Part shown: positions 50,275-60,185 of the stretch, one piece after another
Layout: the number at the start of each line of letters is the position of its first letter
Numbering within the stretch: position 1 is the stretch's first letter
Source of the DNA: Alphaproteobacteria bacterium
GTDB lineage: Bacteria > Pseudomonadota > Alphaproteobacteria > JAAXGF01
Direction of reading: 5' to 3'
Assembly (NCBI GenBank): GCA_963555825.3
Contig: CAUVXB020000002.1
Location: 2,432,001 to 2,496,000 of the forward strand
DNA length: 64,000 nucleotides
Notes under the pieces: generated by a model
What the model saw: the letters and a program-made list of their open reading frames with translations, nothing else
Told to the model about the DNA's origin: nothing
Database searches by the model: none
Made by a program: the position numbers and the translations under genes

Positions 50275-50685
50275 ATGACCGACAATTTTGAGAACAAAGT
50301 TGCTGTTGATGGGCCTGTGGTAAACGAGGGCGAGCTTGGCTCGTCCACGTTTTCCCCGGGCCAGGTTTCGCCGGCAGGCCCGCTGGGACTTGGCCAGCGG
50401 TGGACGGTGACGCGCAAGCGTGAGGTTGCCCTGCGGCTTTTGCGTGGCGAGCCGGTGGAACTTTTGTCGCGGCAGTTGGGCGTGGAGATTTTCCGGCTCG
50501 AGCAGTGGCGTGAGAAGGCGATCGCCGGGATCGATGCCTCGCTCAAGGAACGCAAGGGCGATCCGGTGAAGGCGGAACTGGACATCGCCATGAAGCGGAT
50601 CGGGGAGTTGATCATGCAGGTGGAACTGCTGGAGGCCAAGACGGAGACGTCCGGCCCTTTGGGGCGGCGGAGGTCGCGGCGATGA
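50275..50685 (+). CDS. IS3-family OrfA (HTH)
   Basis: RWTVTRKREVALRLLRGE..LSRQLGV; start uncertain. Confidence 0.75.
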   Translation: MTDNFENKVAVDGPVVNEGELGSSTFSPGQVSPAGPLGLGQRWTVTRKREVALRLLRGEPVELLSRQLGVEIFRLEQWREKAIAGIDASLKERKGDPVKAELDIAMKRIGELIMQVELLEAKTETSGPLGRRRSRR

Positions 50686-51593
50686 GTGCCGCCACCTCTC
50701 CCGGCACGGGTTTGGCCTACGGCCTCCAGCGGGTCTGTGCGGCCTGGGGTTTTGCCCGTTCCTCGTTCTACGCCATGAAATCCCGGCAGCAGGCCACCGC
50801 TGAGCGCCCACCAGCAAAGCGCCGGGGACCGAAGCCCTCGATCTCGGACGAGGCTCTGCTGGTGGCCATCGAGGCCGACCTGGAGGCATCCCCCTGGGAG
50901 GGCGAGGGACACCGCAAGGTCTGGGCTCGGCTTCGGGTCTGTCGTGGCATCCGTGTTTCCCGCAAGCGGGGGCTCCGGGTGATGCGCGAGAACAACCTGC
51001 TCTCGCCCCATCGCTGCCGCCGCCGTGGCGGAAATCCCCATGTCGGTGAGATCATCACCCATGCCCCCAACCTCATGTGGGGCACGGACGGCGTTCGGGT
51101 GTTCACGGTGGACGACGGCTGGGGCTGGATATTCACCGCCATCGAGCATTGGAACGCCGAGTGCGTCGGCTGGCATGTGTGCAAGCGAGGCGACCGCTTC
51201 GCCGCCCTTCAGCCGATCTCCATGGGGCTTGCGAGGCTGTATGCCTCGACCTCCGCCGGTGCGGCGCGGGGGCTGGCCTTGCGGATGGATCACGGCTCCC
51301 AGTATCTGTCGGACCACTTCACCAACCAGATCAAGTTCTGGGGCATCCAGCCGTCCTACGCCTTCGTCGAACAGCCCCAGACCAACGGCGTCGCCGAGAG
51401 GTTCAATCGCACGCTCAAGGAACAGATCATCCATGGCCGCATCTACCGCAACATCGCGGAGCTGCGGAACGCCGTCCGCGGGTTCGTCGAACAGTACAAT
51501 GCCCAGTGGATCGTGGAGAAGAACGGCTACCTGAGCCCCGCTCAAGCTCGTCAGGCGTGGCACACCGCGATGTCACTCAGGCCCGCCGCATGA
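50682..51593 (+). CDS. IS3-family OrfB integrase-core transposase
   Basis: PNLMWGTD, DHGSQY, NGVAERFNRTLKE. Confidence 0.9.
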   Translation: MSAATSPGTGLAYGLQRVCAAWGFARSSFYAMKSRQQATAERPPAKRRGPKPSISDEALLVAIEADLEASPWEGEGHRKVWARLRVCRGIRVSRKRGLRVMRENNLLSPHRCRRRGGNPHVGEIITHAPNLMWGTDGVRVFTVDDGWGWIFTAIEHWNAECVGWHVCKRGDRFAALQPISMGLARLYASTSAGAARGLALRMDHGSQYLSDHFTNQIKFWGIQPSYAFVEQPQTNGVAERFNRTLKEQIIHGRIYRNIAELRNAVRGFVEQYNAQWIVEKNGYLSPAQARQAWHTAMSLRPAA

Positions 51594-51628
51594 GACAAAC
51601 TTGTGTCCAAGGAACCGGGTGCGATACA

Positions 51629-52038
51629 TCTCAAGTTCTTTGTACAGTAGTGTGTGGACGGCGGGCGCCATAGCGTCCACATCGAGTGATGTAGCCAAGT
51701 GGAGCCATACACTTTACTCCGGTAACTTTTTGGAAGCGACATCGCTCGAAAAGATGTTAATTTTCAAGAGCAAACGAATTGGACAAGGTAGAGTCCCGAT
51801 GGGGATGGGGGTATGGGAACTGTCAGTTGAAGATGAAGTGGCATGGGGTCATGGTAGTTTGTTAGGTCACTTTGTTTCAGCGATGTTCTATTTACCTAAG
51901 TTTGATCTCAGTATCGCGTATTCCTCCAGCGGAGAAGATGTATCTAAGCAGTCAGCTCCCGGCAGTTACTTGGTGAGAGCGTATCTCGATAGTCGGCCCG
52001 GAAACACTCCGCCGTGTCTTGATCCCGCAGATGAGTGA
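51629..52038 (+). pseudogene. 3' remnant of a serine hydrolase (beta-lactamase-like) gene truncated by IS3
   Basis: TAGAIASTSSDVAKW..LY.G, GMGV, WGHG; low GC; no 5' part on the other side of the IS. Confidence 0.65.
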
Positions 52039-52155
52039 TTCGGCGCGTATTTGCATGGCAAGTTGAGTGTCTGCTCTGAAGAGCTACCATCGATGAGGAG
52101 CGGCAGGTTATGGCCGATTCCGGTCCGTTCAAAATCGTCGGCTGGATGTCGGATG

Positions 52156-52247
52156 ACTTCTCCTCTTGGCTAAAAGCCGACCAAATAGCTGCACCAGAAC
52201 GACGGCCGCTTTCAGGCGACAAGCCGACATGCGAGTCCGCTTGGTGC
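52156..52247 (+). repeat. Hairpin array type R (intact)
   Basis: Gapless homologue of the site split by IS1111. Confidence 0.85.
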
Positions 52248-52459
52248 GATCCGGGACGCCCTCCATCGTCCCGCCCGGCCGGATCGCGCCCAGACGATCG
52301 CGTGAAGCCCCGACCGAAGGAACATCCAGTCCGGATCGCCGGCGGCCGATCGACGTCATCCCGGACCGGACAGGGGTTGACCTGCTGGCAACGACGCCGC
52401 TGTTGTGGTGTGATCGATCGTTGACCAAGATCGACGCGCAACTCTCCGGCGGGCGGTCC

Positions 52460-53668
52460 ATGGAAAACTATCTCAATTCACTGTTGAGCGGGCCGGTGCC
52501 CAGGGAATTGTCATTCCCACCCGAGGAATATGCCGCTCGACTGGCGCGGGTGCGCGAAAAGATGGCGGCGAGCGAGATCGATGTGCTGCTCGTGCACAGC
52601 GCCGTCGATCTTTGTTACCTGACGGGCTATCAGACTCTGTGGCCGGACGCCTATGCCTGCCTCATCGTGCCGCTAGCCGAGCCGCCTTTCATGCAGGTCG
52701 GCGAGATCGAAGCGTCATGCGCGGTGCTGCACGGAGAAATTCAGGATCTTGTGCTGTTTGATTGGGTTGGTGCAGATGCGGTGCCAGGCCAGCTCGCCGA
52801 GCTGCTGGCCGACCGGGGGTTTGCACGGAGCCGGATCGGCGTGCAAGCCGGCCGCATCGAAATGGGCAGTCGTGGTCCCCTCGACGCCAAGCTGTTGGAC
52901 ACCTTGCGCGCGAAACTGGACGATGCGCGTTTCGTGGATGCCACGCTGTTGCTGTTCGATGTGCGGGTCACGAAATCACCTGCCGAACTCGAGCGGATGC
53001 GCGCGGCAGCAAGAATCACCACGGCCGGAATGCGTGCCGCTGTCGACGCCATCGAGCCGGGAAAAACCGAGAACGACGTCGCCGCCTTGGCCGCCAAGGT
53101 CATGATCGAGCGGGGATCAGAGTTCTTCTCGATCGATCCAATCGTCAATGCCGGACACCGTACCGGCTATTTCCACACGACCTTCAAACGCCACCCGATT
53201 TCCGCCGGTGATCCGGTACAGCTTGAATTCGGCGGTTGTTTCCACCGCTACACGGCACCCCTGATGCGGACCGTATTGACCGGCCAACCGAGCGACCTTC
53301 AGCAACGCATGATCGATACCCAGCTCGCGGCTCTTGAAACGCTCTACGGCGCCGTTCGCGCCGGCCGCAGCACACGAGACGTTGCGCATGAGGTTGATGC
53401 TGTGATCGGTTCACTAGATCGCGAAATCTTTCGGTCCGGCCATTTCGGCTATTCGATCGGGCTGGGATTTCCGCCGACCTGGACCGATGGTCCGGCCTAC
53501 CTCTCCGATACAAGGGATTTGGAACTTGCTGTCGGCATGACATTCCACACGCCATTCGCCTGGCGTATCTCCAAGCAATTCGTAATCGGCACGAGCGAAT
53601 CCATTGCCGTCGGCGAAACGGGCTGCGAAATCCTCACCAGCGAAGAGCGTGAGGTTGTCGTCAAGTGA
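52460..53668 (+). CDS. M24 family hydrolase (creatinase / ectoine hydrolase DoeA-like)
   Basis: EEYAARL, YLTGY, KSPAEL, RYTAPLMRT, GYSIGLGFPPTW. Confidence 0.85.
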   Translation: MENYLNSLLSGPVPRELSFPPEEYAARLARVREKMAASEIDVLLVHSAVDLCYLTGYQTLWPDAYACLIVPLAEPPFMQVGEIEASCAVLHGEIQDLVLFDWVGADAVPGQLAELLADRGFARSRIGVQAGRIEMGSRGPLDAKLLDTLRAKLDDARFVDATLLLFDVRVTKSPAELERMRAAARITTAGMRAAVDAIEPGKTENDVAALAAKVMIERGSEFFSIDPIVNAGHRTGYFHTTFKRHPISAGDPVQLEFGGCFHRYTAPLMRTVLTGQPSDLQQRMIDTQLAALETLYGAVRAGRSTRDVAHEVDAVIGSLDREIFRSGHFGYSIGLGFPPTWTDGPAYLSDTRDLELAVGMTFHTPFAWRISKQFVIGTSESIAVGETGCEILTSEEREVVVK

Positions 53669-53750
53669 ACGAGCGTTCGGATGACAAGCCGAAGTACGAG
53701 ACCGCTTAGTGCTTTCAAGCCACGTCGAATCGGGAGCCGCGACACGCCCA
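53667..53750 (+). repeat. Partial hairpin array type R with degenerate module end
   Basis: ttcggatgacaagccga..gaccgcttagtgctttcaagccacgtc is homologous to about 21028-21078. Confidence 0.65.
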
Positions 53751-53751
53751 A

Positions 53752-53909
53752 GCGCGCCGCCCCACTGAATCGCACACCGGAGATATCGTAAATTCCCAGC
53801 CAAATGATCGACCAGTCCGGAGACGCGCGCCCATGCTCTATGTCATCTCCTGCACCGACAAGCCGGACCACGGCCATGTGCGGCGGGAAAACCGCCCCGC
53901 GCATCTCGA
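53752..53909 (+). pseudogene. Degenerate duplicate of yciI upstream region and first ~26 codons
   Basis: atgctctatgtcatctcctgcaccgacaagccggaccacggc is identical to 62468 onward; upstream about 80 nt also similar. Confidence 0.88.
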
Positions 53910-53937
53910 TAAGCTAAATGGGTTGTTTGACGCGAGC

Positions 53938-54744
53938 CTATGCTTCGGGCTTCCGCCCCCAAGCAGCGACGACGGCCATGTCGGCGAACCGGAATGAGGG
54001 GTCGTTGAATGCCTGAATTTGCTTCTCGAAGTCGGCCTCCGGAATGCCGGCGCCGCGGAGAAATTCATCATCCTGAAACGACCTGAGCAGCGTTTCCCAA
54101 TATCTTCCGATGTCGCCACCGCCCTCCCGGACCCAGTTTTTTTCTTCGTGGTCGAAGTCGCTCAATTCCAATCGCTTCACGAGAGCCGGAAGCTTGCGGC
54201 CGATCAACGGATCGAGTTGCAGCGAAGCGACATAAAATGCCAATTCCTTGCGAAAAGTCGCGTCGAAGACCGCAGAGAGGGCATGGTCATGATCGACGGC
54301 GGCAAAATTGGCGTAGTCGCCATCCTCGACGAGCAGCCAACCGCCGGGCTTGATCGCGGCAACCATTTTCGCGAGAGCGCGTTCGGGGCTGGATACATGC
54401 ATCAATAGAAAGCGCGCGTGGACGAGGTCGTAGTTGTCGGCCTCGATTTCGTCTTCGAGGATGTCCAGCTGGCGAATTTCTACGTTCGGCAGGTCGAGAG
54501 CGCGGAGAAACCGTGTATCCATGTCGGCCGCCACCACGGTACCCTTCGCGCCGACCCGCTCGGCCATCCAACGGGCCACCGAGCCGCCCCCGGCACCAAC
54601 CTCCAGGCAACGCCAACCTTCAGAAATACCGAGCCGCGTAAGCCACGAAATCGTCGCCGGATCATTGAGGCTTTCCAGGATGTCGAGACGCCCGCGTTCC
54701 GGTTCGAACGCGACATCCGCCAGCGCATACCCGTCGCTCGTCAT
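53938..54744 (-). CDS. Class I SAM-dependent methyltransferase
   Basis: CLEVGAGGG, YDLVHARFLL, KPGGWL. Confidence 0.88.
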   Translation of the reverse strand: MTSDGYALADVAFEPERGRLDILESLNDPATISWLTRLGISEGWRCLEVGAGGGSVARWMAERVGAKGTVVAADMDTRFLRALDLPNVEIRQLDILEDEIEADNYDLVHARFLLMHVSSPERALAKMVAAIKPGGWLLVEDGDYANFAAVDHDHALSAVFDATFRKELAFYVASLQLDPLIGRKLPALVKRLELSDFDHEEKNWVREGGGDIGRYWETLLRSFQDDEFLRGAGIPEADFEKQIQAFNDPSFRFADMAVVAAWGRKPEA

Positions 54745-54812
54745 CGGTTTCTCCTGCCTCGATCCAAAAATAGACAACCGGCCTATTCACACCGCCAGCC
54801 CTGCCTTGCGAA

Positions 54813-54930
54813 ACGCGACCACGACGTCCTCGGCATCGCCCACGCGTCGCGCGATGACCTCGGGGCATAGCGCGCCTGTGCCGATCAGGCCCATCGGCCC
54901 GTGCTGTTCGGTCGAGCCGATCGGCACGAC
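54813..54930 (-). pseudogene. Degenerate duplicate of the N-terminal part of the creatininase gene
   Basis: ggcccatcggcccgtgctgttcggtcgagccgatcggcacga is identical to 49836-49877 ([13 protein letters not shown]). Confidence 0.88.
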
Positions 54931-55040
54931 GAGCTATCATCGGGTGACACAACCCATATATCGCGACATGCGCTACCGTTGGCAGCGCTACCGGGACCAA
55001 CTCGCGCCAGTCGTGTAACCGGCCAGCATGAACCGGTTGG

Positions 55041-56099
55041 TCAAGCGAACTCCGTTCTGAGAATTCGCGCCGCGGCAACCTCGACCTTCAGCTTCTCGTA
55101 AACCTCGTCCATGTCGACCGGGGCTCCGGATCCGGGCGAGAAGCCGCAATCCGGGTTGAGGGTAATCCGCTCGACGGCGATGCGCCGCGTCGCCGCTTTG
55201 ATCCGCTCGACGACCTCGTCGATGTCATCGACCCTGCCCGGGGTCACATCGACGCAACCGAGGCCGACTTCCAGATCCTCCCGAAGCGCCTCCAAGACAC
55301 CGAACTCGCCCGCCCCGGGGGTCGTGAACTCCATGGTCAGATGGTGCACCTTCAGCCGGTTAAGCTGGCCTATGATGGGCTCGTAGCCGCCGGTATGGCG
55401 GCGCTCTCCGCGCGCCCGGGCGCCGGCGCGCCGGCACAGGTGCAAGGCCAGATGGACGTCCTCGATGCCGTCGATCATCTGGTTGACCATGTCGACGGCG
55501 AAGTCGGCCGCCTGGTCGGGGTCCTCGTATTGGGCGCGAACGTCCGGATCGACGAACAGACAAAGATGCGGGTCGTCCACCTGGATGATATCGGCGCCGG
55601 CGTCCCGAATCAGTTCGACCTCGCGCCGCAGGATGGGGACGCAAGCCGCGACGAATGCCTCGCGGGTGGGATAGGCCGCCGCCGATTTTTCGGCATCCCA
55701 CAACCGCTCACCCAAAAGAGCGGGGGCAGGCAGGGTTGCCTTCACCTTGCGATCGGTAATGCCGCGCAGGAAACGGATCTCCTCGGCGATGAAACCGGGG
55801 GCCCTGGGCTCCAGGCGGCCGGTCACCACGGTTTGGGTTCGACCGTCGGGAAAGCGGCCGATCTCGAAGCCATGGGCGAGCTCGGCGATCACCCCGATAT
55901 AGGATGCGCGCCGCCACTCCCCGTCCGTGACCACGTCCAATCCGGCCCGTTCCTGAAGCGCGACAACGTAGCGCACGGCCGCGTCCATGCGCTGCCTCGT
56001 GGCTTCGGGATCCGTATCGCCTTGGTCCGCGACGAGGTCGCGCACGAAGTCGGAACGCGGCATCGAGCCGACGACCGAGGCGGGAAAGAGGAGGGTCAT
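55041..56099 (-). CDS. Cobalamin-independent methionine synthase II family protein (MetE catalytic-domain type)
   Basis: VGSMPR, TDGEWRR, IIQVDDP, HLC, NPDCGF. Confidence 0.87.
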   Translation of the reverse strand: MTLLFPASVVGSMPRSDFVRDLVADQGDTDPEATRQRMDAAVRYVVALQERAGLDVVTDGEWRRASYIGVIAELAHGFEIGRFPDGRTQTVVTGRLEPRAPGFIAEEIRFLRGITDRKVKATLPAPALLGERLWDAEKSAAAYPTREAFVAACVPILRREVELIRDAGADIIQVDDPHLCLFVDPDVRAQYEDPDQAADFAVDMVNQMIDGIEDVHLALHLCRRAGARARGERRHTGGYEPIIGQLNRLKVHHLTMEFTTPGAGEFGVLEALREDLEVGLGCVDVTPGRVDDIDEVVERIKAATRRIAVERITLNPDCGFSPGSGAPVDMDEVYEKLKVEVAAARILRTEFA

Positions 56100-56666
56100 T
56101 GCGGCGGCCTCCAGAATCGGTTCGCCAGCTCGAGGTCCTGATGTGTGTCGATCTCGCGGTAATGGCCATGGGTATCGACGTGGCTGATGGCGACCCCGTT
56201 TTCGATCATCTCGTCGAACAGATGGATCATCATGGCATCCTCGAAGATGCGCCCCTCGCGGAACTCCCGGCCCGAAAAGCGCTCCCGGCAACGGTGATAA
56301 TGCTCGCGAAGCAACCGCGCCCCGTCGGTCGAGAACTTCGCCACGCCGACGAACTCGCCGTAGGCGTCGGCAGCATCGATGGTCCGGCTCACTTTCCTGA
56401 CCAGGCCGTCCTTCACGGTCAGCTTCTCGGCGTCGCTGGGCGGATGCTGCGAGCGATACTGGTAGTGCGACACCCAGTCCGTGTCAGTCCCAAGGGCGAT
56501 GTCCGCCGTCGCGTCGACGAGGTCACGGATTAACTGGGGCGTGTAGAGGATATCGCAGTAGGAGGTGATGAATGACCGGTCCATCAAGTCCTCCGCATAC
56601 ATCAGCGGTAAGCGTTCGTTCAGGCCGTGGAATCAGCGCGGGCGTTTCCATTCGCCCCGGCCGATT

Positions 56667-57549
56667 TTAGCGATTGAGGGTGCGTTTCCAATCCCGTCGC
56701 AGGGGCCGGAGCCAGACATTCTTTTTAGGCTTGTCGGACTGCCTGTCCCGGTCGTAGCGCCCGCGCCCCTGGGTGGTCCCGACGCGGGTCCAGCCGGAGG
56801 CCTTGTAAACGGCGCCGGTGTAGCGCGGGGTCTCGACGAAGGTCTCGATGAGCACGGGCGTGGTGTTGTAGCGCTCGGTCCAGTCATCGGGCAGGCGCCG
56901 GCGGATGATGGCCAGGATGTGCGAACCCAGGTTGGGGATATTGATCCAGGGCAGGATCAGGAATCTCGGGTTGTCGACCACGAAGGGAAGGTTCTTCTCG
57001 CGCAGTCTGCCGTGTCCATCCGATGAAGTTGTCGCGCGGGGCGAGCTTCCACGCGGCGGTGGAGAAGCCGAGCATGGCGAGCGGCCAGCCGTCGCGGTCG
57101 TGGACGGCGTAGCGCATCTGGGCGCCGACCAGGGTCTTGTATCCGAGATAGTGGTAGCGGGCGACGAACTCGTTCCAGAGCTTGCTCTCCCGGGTGCCGC
57201 GCACGACGGGGCGCAGGTCGAGCGGACGGACCTCGTCGAGGGTCGTCGGGGCCGGGAACAGCGGCGCTTCGGTGTCCGGTCCGAAGACGATCGGCCCGGG
57301 CCGGTTCTGCCGTCCCTGCGGCGCCGGCAGGGCGATCAGGCCGTCCCTGTGCATGGCCAGCATGGCGACCCTGGCCATCATGTCCTTGAGGCCGCCGTCG
57401 GGCTTGAACCAGCCGATGCGCCGGCAGAACTCCTTCGACAGCATATGGCGGTTCAACGGCGGCGGCCCGGCGATCAGCGCGCGCAGCAGCGCCATTTCCC
57501 CGGCGGTGAAGTCGCGGCCGTAATAACGGCACTCGATCGCGCCGGTCAC
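56667..57549 (-). pseudogene. DUF4338 (DruA-like) protein, frameshift near 57005
   Basis: YYGRDFT, LWNEFVARYHYLGY, RDNFIGW | NPRFLILPW, ETFVE, YKASGW..GTTQGRGR; GTG start overlaps the tnpC stop. Confidence 0.75.
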
Positions 57550-60185
57550 GCCGGCGCCATGAGTTCGCGCCTGCGCTCCTCGCTCATCGACCATGGCAGC
57601 CACGGCGACAGGTCGTCCGGTGGTTTGCGATCGTTCTCCGCGCACGCTGCGAGCCACGTGTCCAGCCAGCTCAGGATGTCGATGCCATTCATCGAGAGCG
57701 TGCCCACCACCGAGTACATGATCGCCGTGAACCTGGCGCCGTCCTCGCTGTCGGAACCGAACGACAGCCGTCGCCCTATGGCCGGACCTCGTAACAATCT
57801 TTCGGCGCGATTGTTATCCAGAGGCACCTGCGGGCGGTCGACGAACACGCTCAGCCCTTCGCGATGATTCAGCAGCGAGCGCAGCGCCCTGCCCTGGCGC
57901 GCCTGGTCCGGCAGGCCGACCAACTCCCGGGCGGCCTCCGCGAACAGGCCGTCGAGCGCCGCCTTCAACGCGCCCTGCGCCGCGTCGAACGCTGGCGTCT
58001 GGCGCTTGATCACGGGGTCGTAATGAGCCAACCTCGCCTCGTTCAGGCGGTAGATCGACGCGATCCGCTCGATCCATCCCTGGCACCAGTCCGTCAGTCT
58101 CACCTGGCCGGCCGCGCACTCGACAAAATCGCGGCGCATATGGGACCAACAGAATGCAAGGGTCACTTTGCCCTCGCGAAGGCGAGCGAGTCGCTTGTAG
58201 GCGCTATAGCGATCGCAGACGATGACCGTGTCGAGGAGAGCGTCGCCGAACAGCTTCTGCGCCGCCTCGGCGCTGCGCGAGGGGTCGATATGGAAAGAGA
58301 CCGCGTCATTGCTGACCGAGACCCACAGCCAGGCGCGGCTCGAGCGGTCTTCCCCGCGAAGTTCCTGGACGCGCCAGCTGGTCTCGTCGGCATGGCGCAG
58401 CGCCGCCTTGTTCTGGTGCGCAAGGATCGCCTCGGCCAGCGGCTCGAGCAGCGGCACGAACCGCTTCAGGCTGTCGGCCAGCGTCCCCGGCGAGACCGTC
58501 AGCCCTTGGGCGGACATCCACGCGGCAACGCGGTGCACGGGGCGGAAGCAGGCACAGTGCTCGAACAGGAAGCGTGCCCAGAAGCTGGTCCCGTAGAGCG
58601 TCCTGGGGAACAGCCGCGGCACCGGGGGCGCCGACACTTCCATGGGCGACGACGCGCACTCGCAGGTCCGGCGCCAGCGCGGACGGCGGATCACGCGCTT
58701 GTAGGCCTTGACCTCGATCTCGACGAGGGTGGATTCCTCGGCGCCGTTCGGCGCATAGGGCTGCCCGCACCGGCCGCAGACGCACGCATCCGGCGGCGGG
58801 TTGTGCTCTTCGGTGCGCTCATCGAGCCCGGGCCGCTGGGTGCGGCCGTGGCCGGGCGCGCCGCGCTGCTGGCCGCGCTTGTGTTCCGAGCCCGGCTTGT
58901 CCTGCTGCTCGCTCTTGCGGCCGTAGAGCGCCCTCGACAGCACCGCCCCGGTCGCACGAAGCCTCTCAAGCTGGACTTCCAGCGTCTCGATCCGGTTCCG
59001 CGACGTCTTCGCGCCCTTGCGCAGGCGGGCGTTCTCCCGGGACAGCGACTTGATCGTAGCCTTCTGGCGCCGCGACCTTCGCAGAGCCCTGCGGAGATCG
59101 GCGTCTGCAACGGACAGCGACTTCGACAACGTCTTCCTGACCGCTCGAAGCCCGGCAAGCTCGGCCTCGAGTGCCTTCCTGATCGCGCGAAGCTTGGCAG
59201 GCTGAACCTCCAGCGCCGCTTTCCGGGTCTCCAACTTCCGCATGGTCCTGCGCAGACGGCCGTTGTCCTTGCGCAGCGCCTCGATCGTCGTCTTCTGGCG
59301 CCGCGATCGCCTCAACGCCGCGCGCAGTTGAGCAGCCTCGTCGGACGGCAGCTTCGACAGCGTCGCCCCGGCCGCCCGAAGCTTGGCGAGCCGGGCCTTC
59401 AACTTCTCCTTACCGGCTTTGGACACCTCCAGGGCATGGCGCAGCCAGAAAACCTCGTCGGACAGCGACCGGGCGCGGGCCTCGGCGTCGCCCAGTATCC
59501 TCACCTCCCGGTGGAGCCGAAGGGACTCGCTGGACAGCTTCTTCGCGGTCTCCCTGATGCGCTCCGTCCTCTCCTTCTCCTGGTCGAGGCGCGTGTTCAG
59601 CCGGGCGTTCTCCTTGTCCCGCCGGACCACCTCCTTGTCGAGCCGGCGGAGTTCCGTGCGAAGCGACCTGACGGTCTCCTTCTGGTCCGGGGAAGGCTCC
59701 AGGACGGTGCGCCGCCGGGGCGGAGCAGGCCACGGCCCGGTCGCGCCCTCACGGGCCTTCGATGCCGCCAGGGCCTTGCGCAGCCGGGCGTTCTCCTTGC
59801 GCAGCGCCCCGGCCGTATCGAAGGCCGACGCGATGCCGGCTTCAGAAAGGAGCGTCTCCAGGCGCGCCACTTCCGCCTGCAAGGACGGCACGTCCCTTGC
59901 CGTGCGGCGGGCTTCCTTCGTCTCTTCGACGGCCTCACTCAGCCTGCGCCGGCAGGCCTTGAACCGAGACTTCCACGAACCGCCATCGCTGCGGGCGGCC
60001 ACTTCCGCCCAGCGCAGCTCTTCCGCGCGCGCTTCGGCCGCGTCCGCCCGCGCCCGTTCCCGCTCACACTGTGACCGCCAGTCGCGCGGCGCGTGCTCCG
60101 GCGCCGACACGGGGGACAACCGGACCCCGCCATTACCCTCGACCAGCGTCAGGTTGGTGCCAAAATCCTCGTCCAGAACCACCAT
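57546..60185 (-). CDS. tnpC: IS66 transposase with long N-terminal coiled coil
   Basis: LYGRKSEQ, CxxC zinc finger, HADETSW, CDRYSAY, CWSHMRRDF, DNNRAER; start uncertain. Confidence 0.9.
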   Translation of the reverse strand: MVVLDEDFGTNLTLVEGNGGVRLSPVSAPEHAPRDWRSQCERERARADAAEARAEELRWAEVAARSDGGSWKSRFKACRRRLSEAVEETKEARRTARDVPSLQAEVARLETLLSEAGIASAFDTAGALRKENARLRKALAASKAREGATGPWPAPPRRRTVLEPSPDQKETVRSLRTELRRLDKEVVRRDKENARLNTRLDQEKERTERIRETAKKLSSESLRLHREVRILGDAEARARSLSDEVFWLRHALEVSKAGKEKLKARLAKLRAAGATLSKLPSDEAAQLRAALRRSRRQKTTIEALRKDNGRLRRTMRKLETRKAALEVQPAKLRAIRKALEAELAGLRAVRKTLSKSLSVADADLRRALRRSRRQKATIKSLSRENARLRKGAKTSRNRIETLEVQLERLRATGAVLSRALYGRKSEQQDKPGSEHKRGQQRGAPGHGRTQRPGLDERTEEHNPPPDACVCGRCGQPYAPNGAEESTLVEIEVKAYKRVIRRPRWRRTCECASSPMEVSAPPVPRLFPRTLYGTSFWARFLFEHCACFRPVHRVAAWMSAQGLTVSPGTLADSLKRFVPLLEPLAEAILAHQNKAALRHADETSWRVQELRGEDRSSRAWLWVSVSNDAVSFHIDPSRSAEAAQKLFGDALLDTVIVCDRYSAYKRLARLREGKVTLAFCWSHMRRDFVECAAGQVRLTDWCQGWIERIASIYRLNEARLAHYDPVIKRQTPAFDAAQGALKAALDGLFAEAARELVGLPDQARQGRALRSLLNHREGLSVFVDRPQVPLDNNRAERLLRGPAIGRRLSFGSDSEDGARFTAIMYSVVGTLSMNGIDILSWLDTWLAACAENDRKPPDDLSPWLPWSMSEERRRELMAPA

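Larger units (their letters stand above)
50209..51628 (+). mobile_element. IS3-family element
   Basis: TG...CA ends sharing ttccttggacaca; no target duplication seen. Confidence 0.8.

Noticed and set aside
53752-53909. yciI or hpnA duplicates as DGR template/variable repeats
   Set aside because: Differences are not confined to adenines and no DGR-type RT or avd is present.
56667-57549. Druantia defence system
   Set aside because: There is no DruE helicase or other dru gene, and the DUF4338 gene lies inside an IS and is frameshifted.
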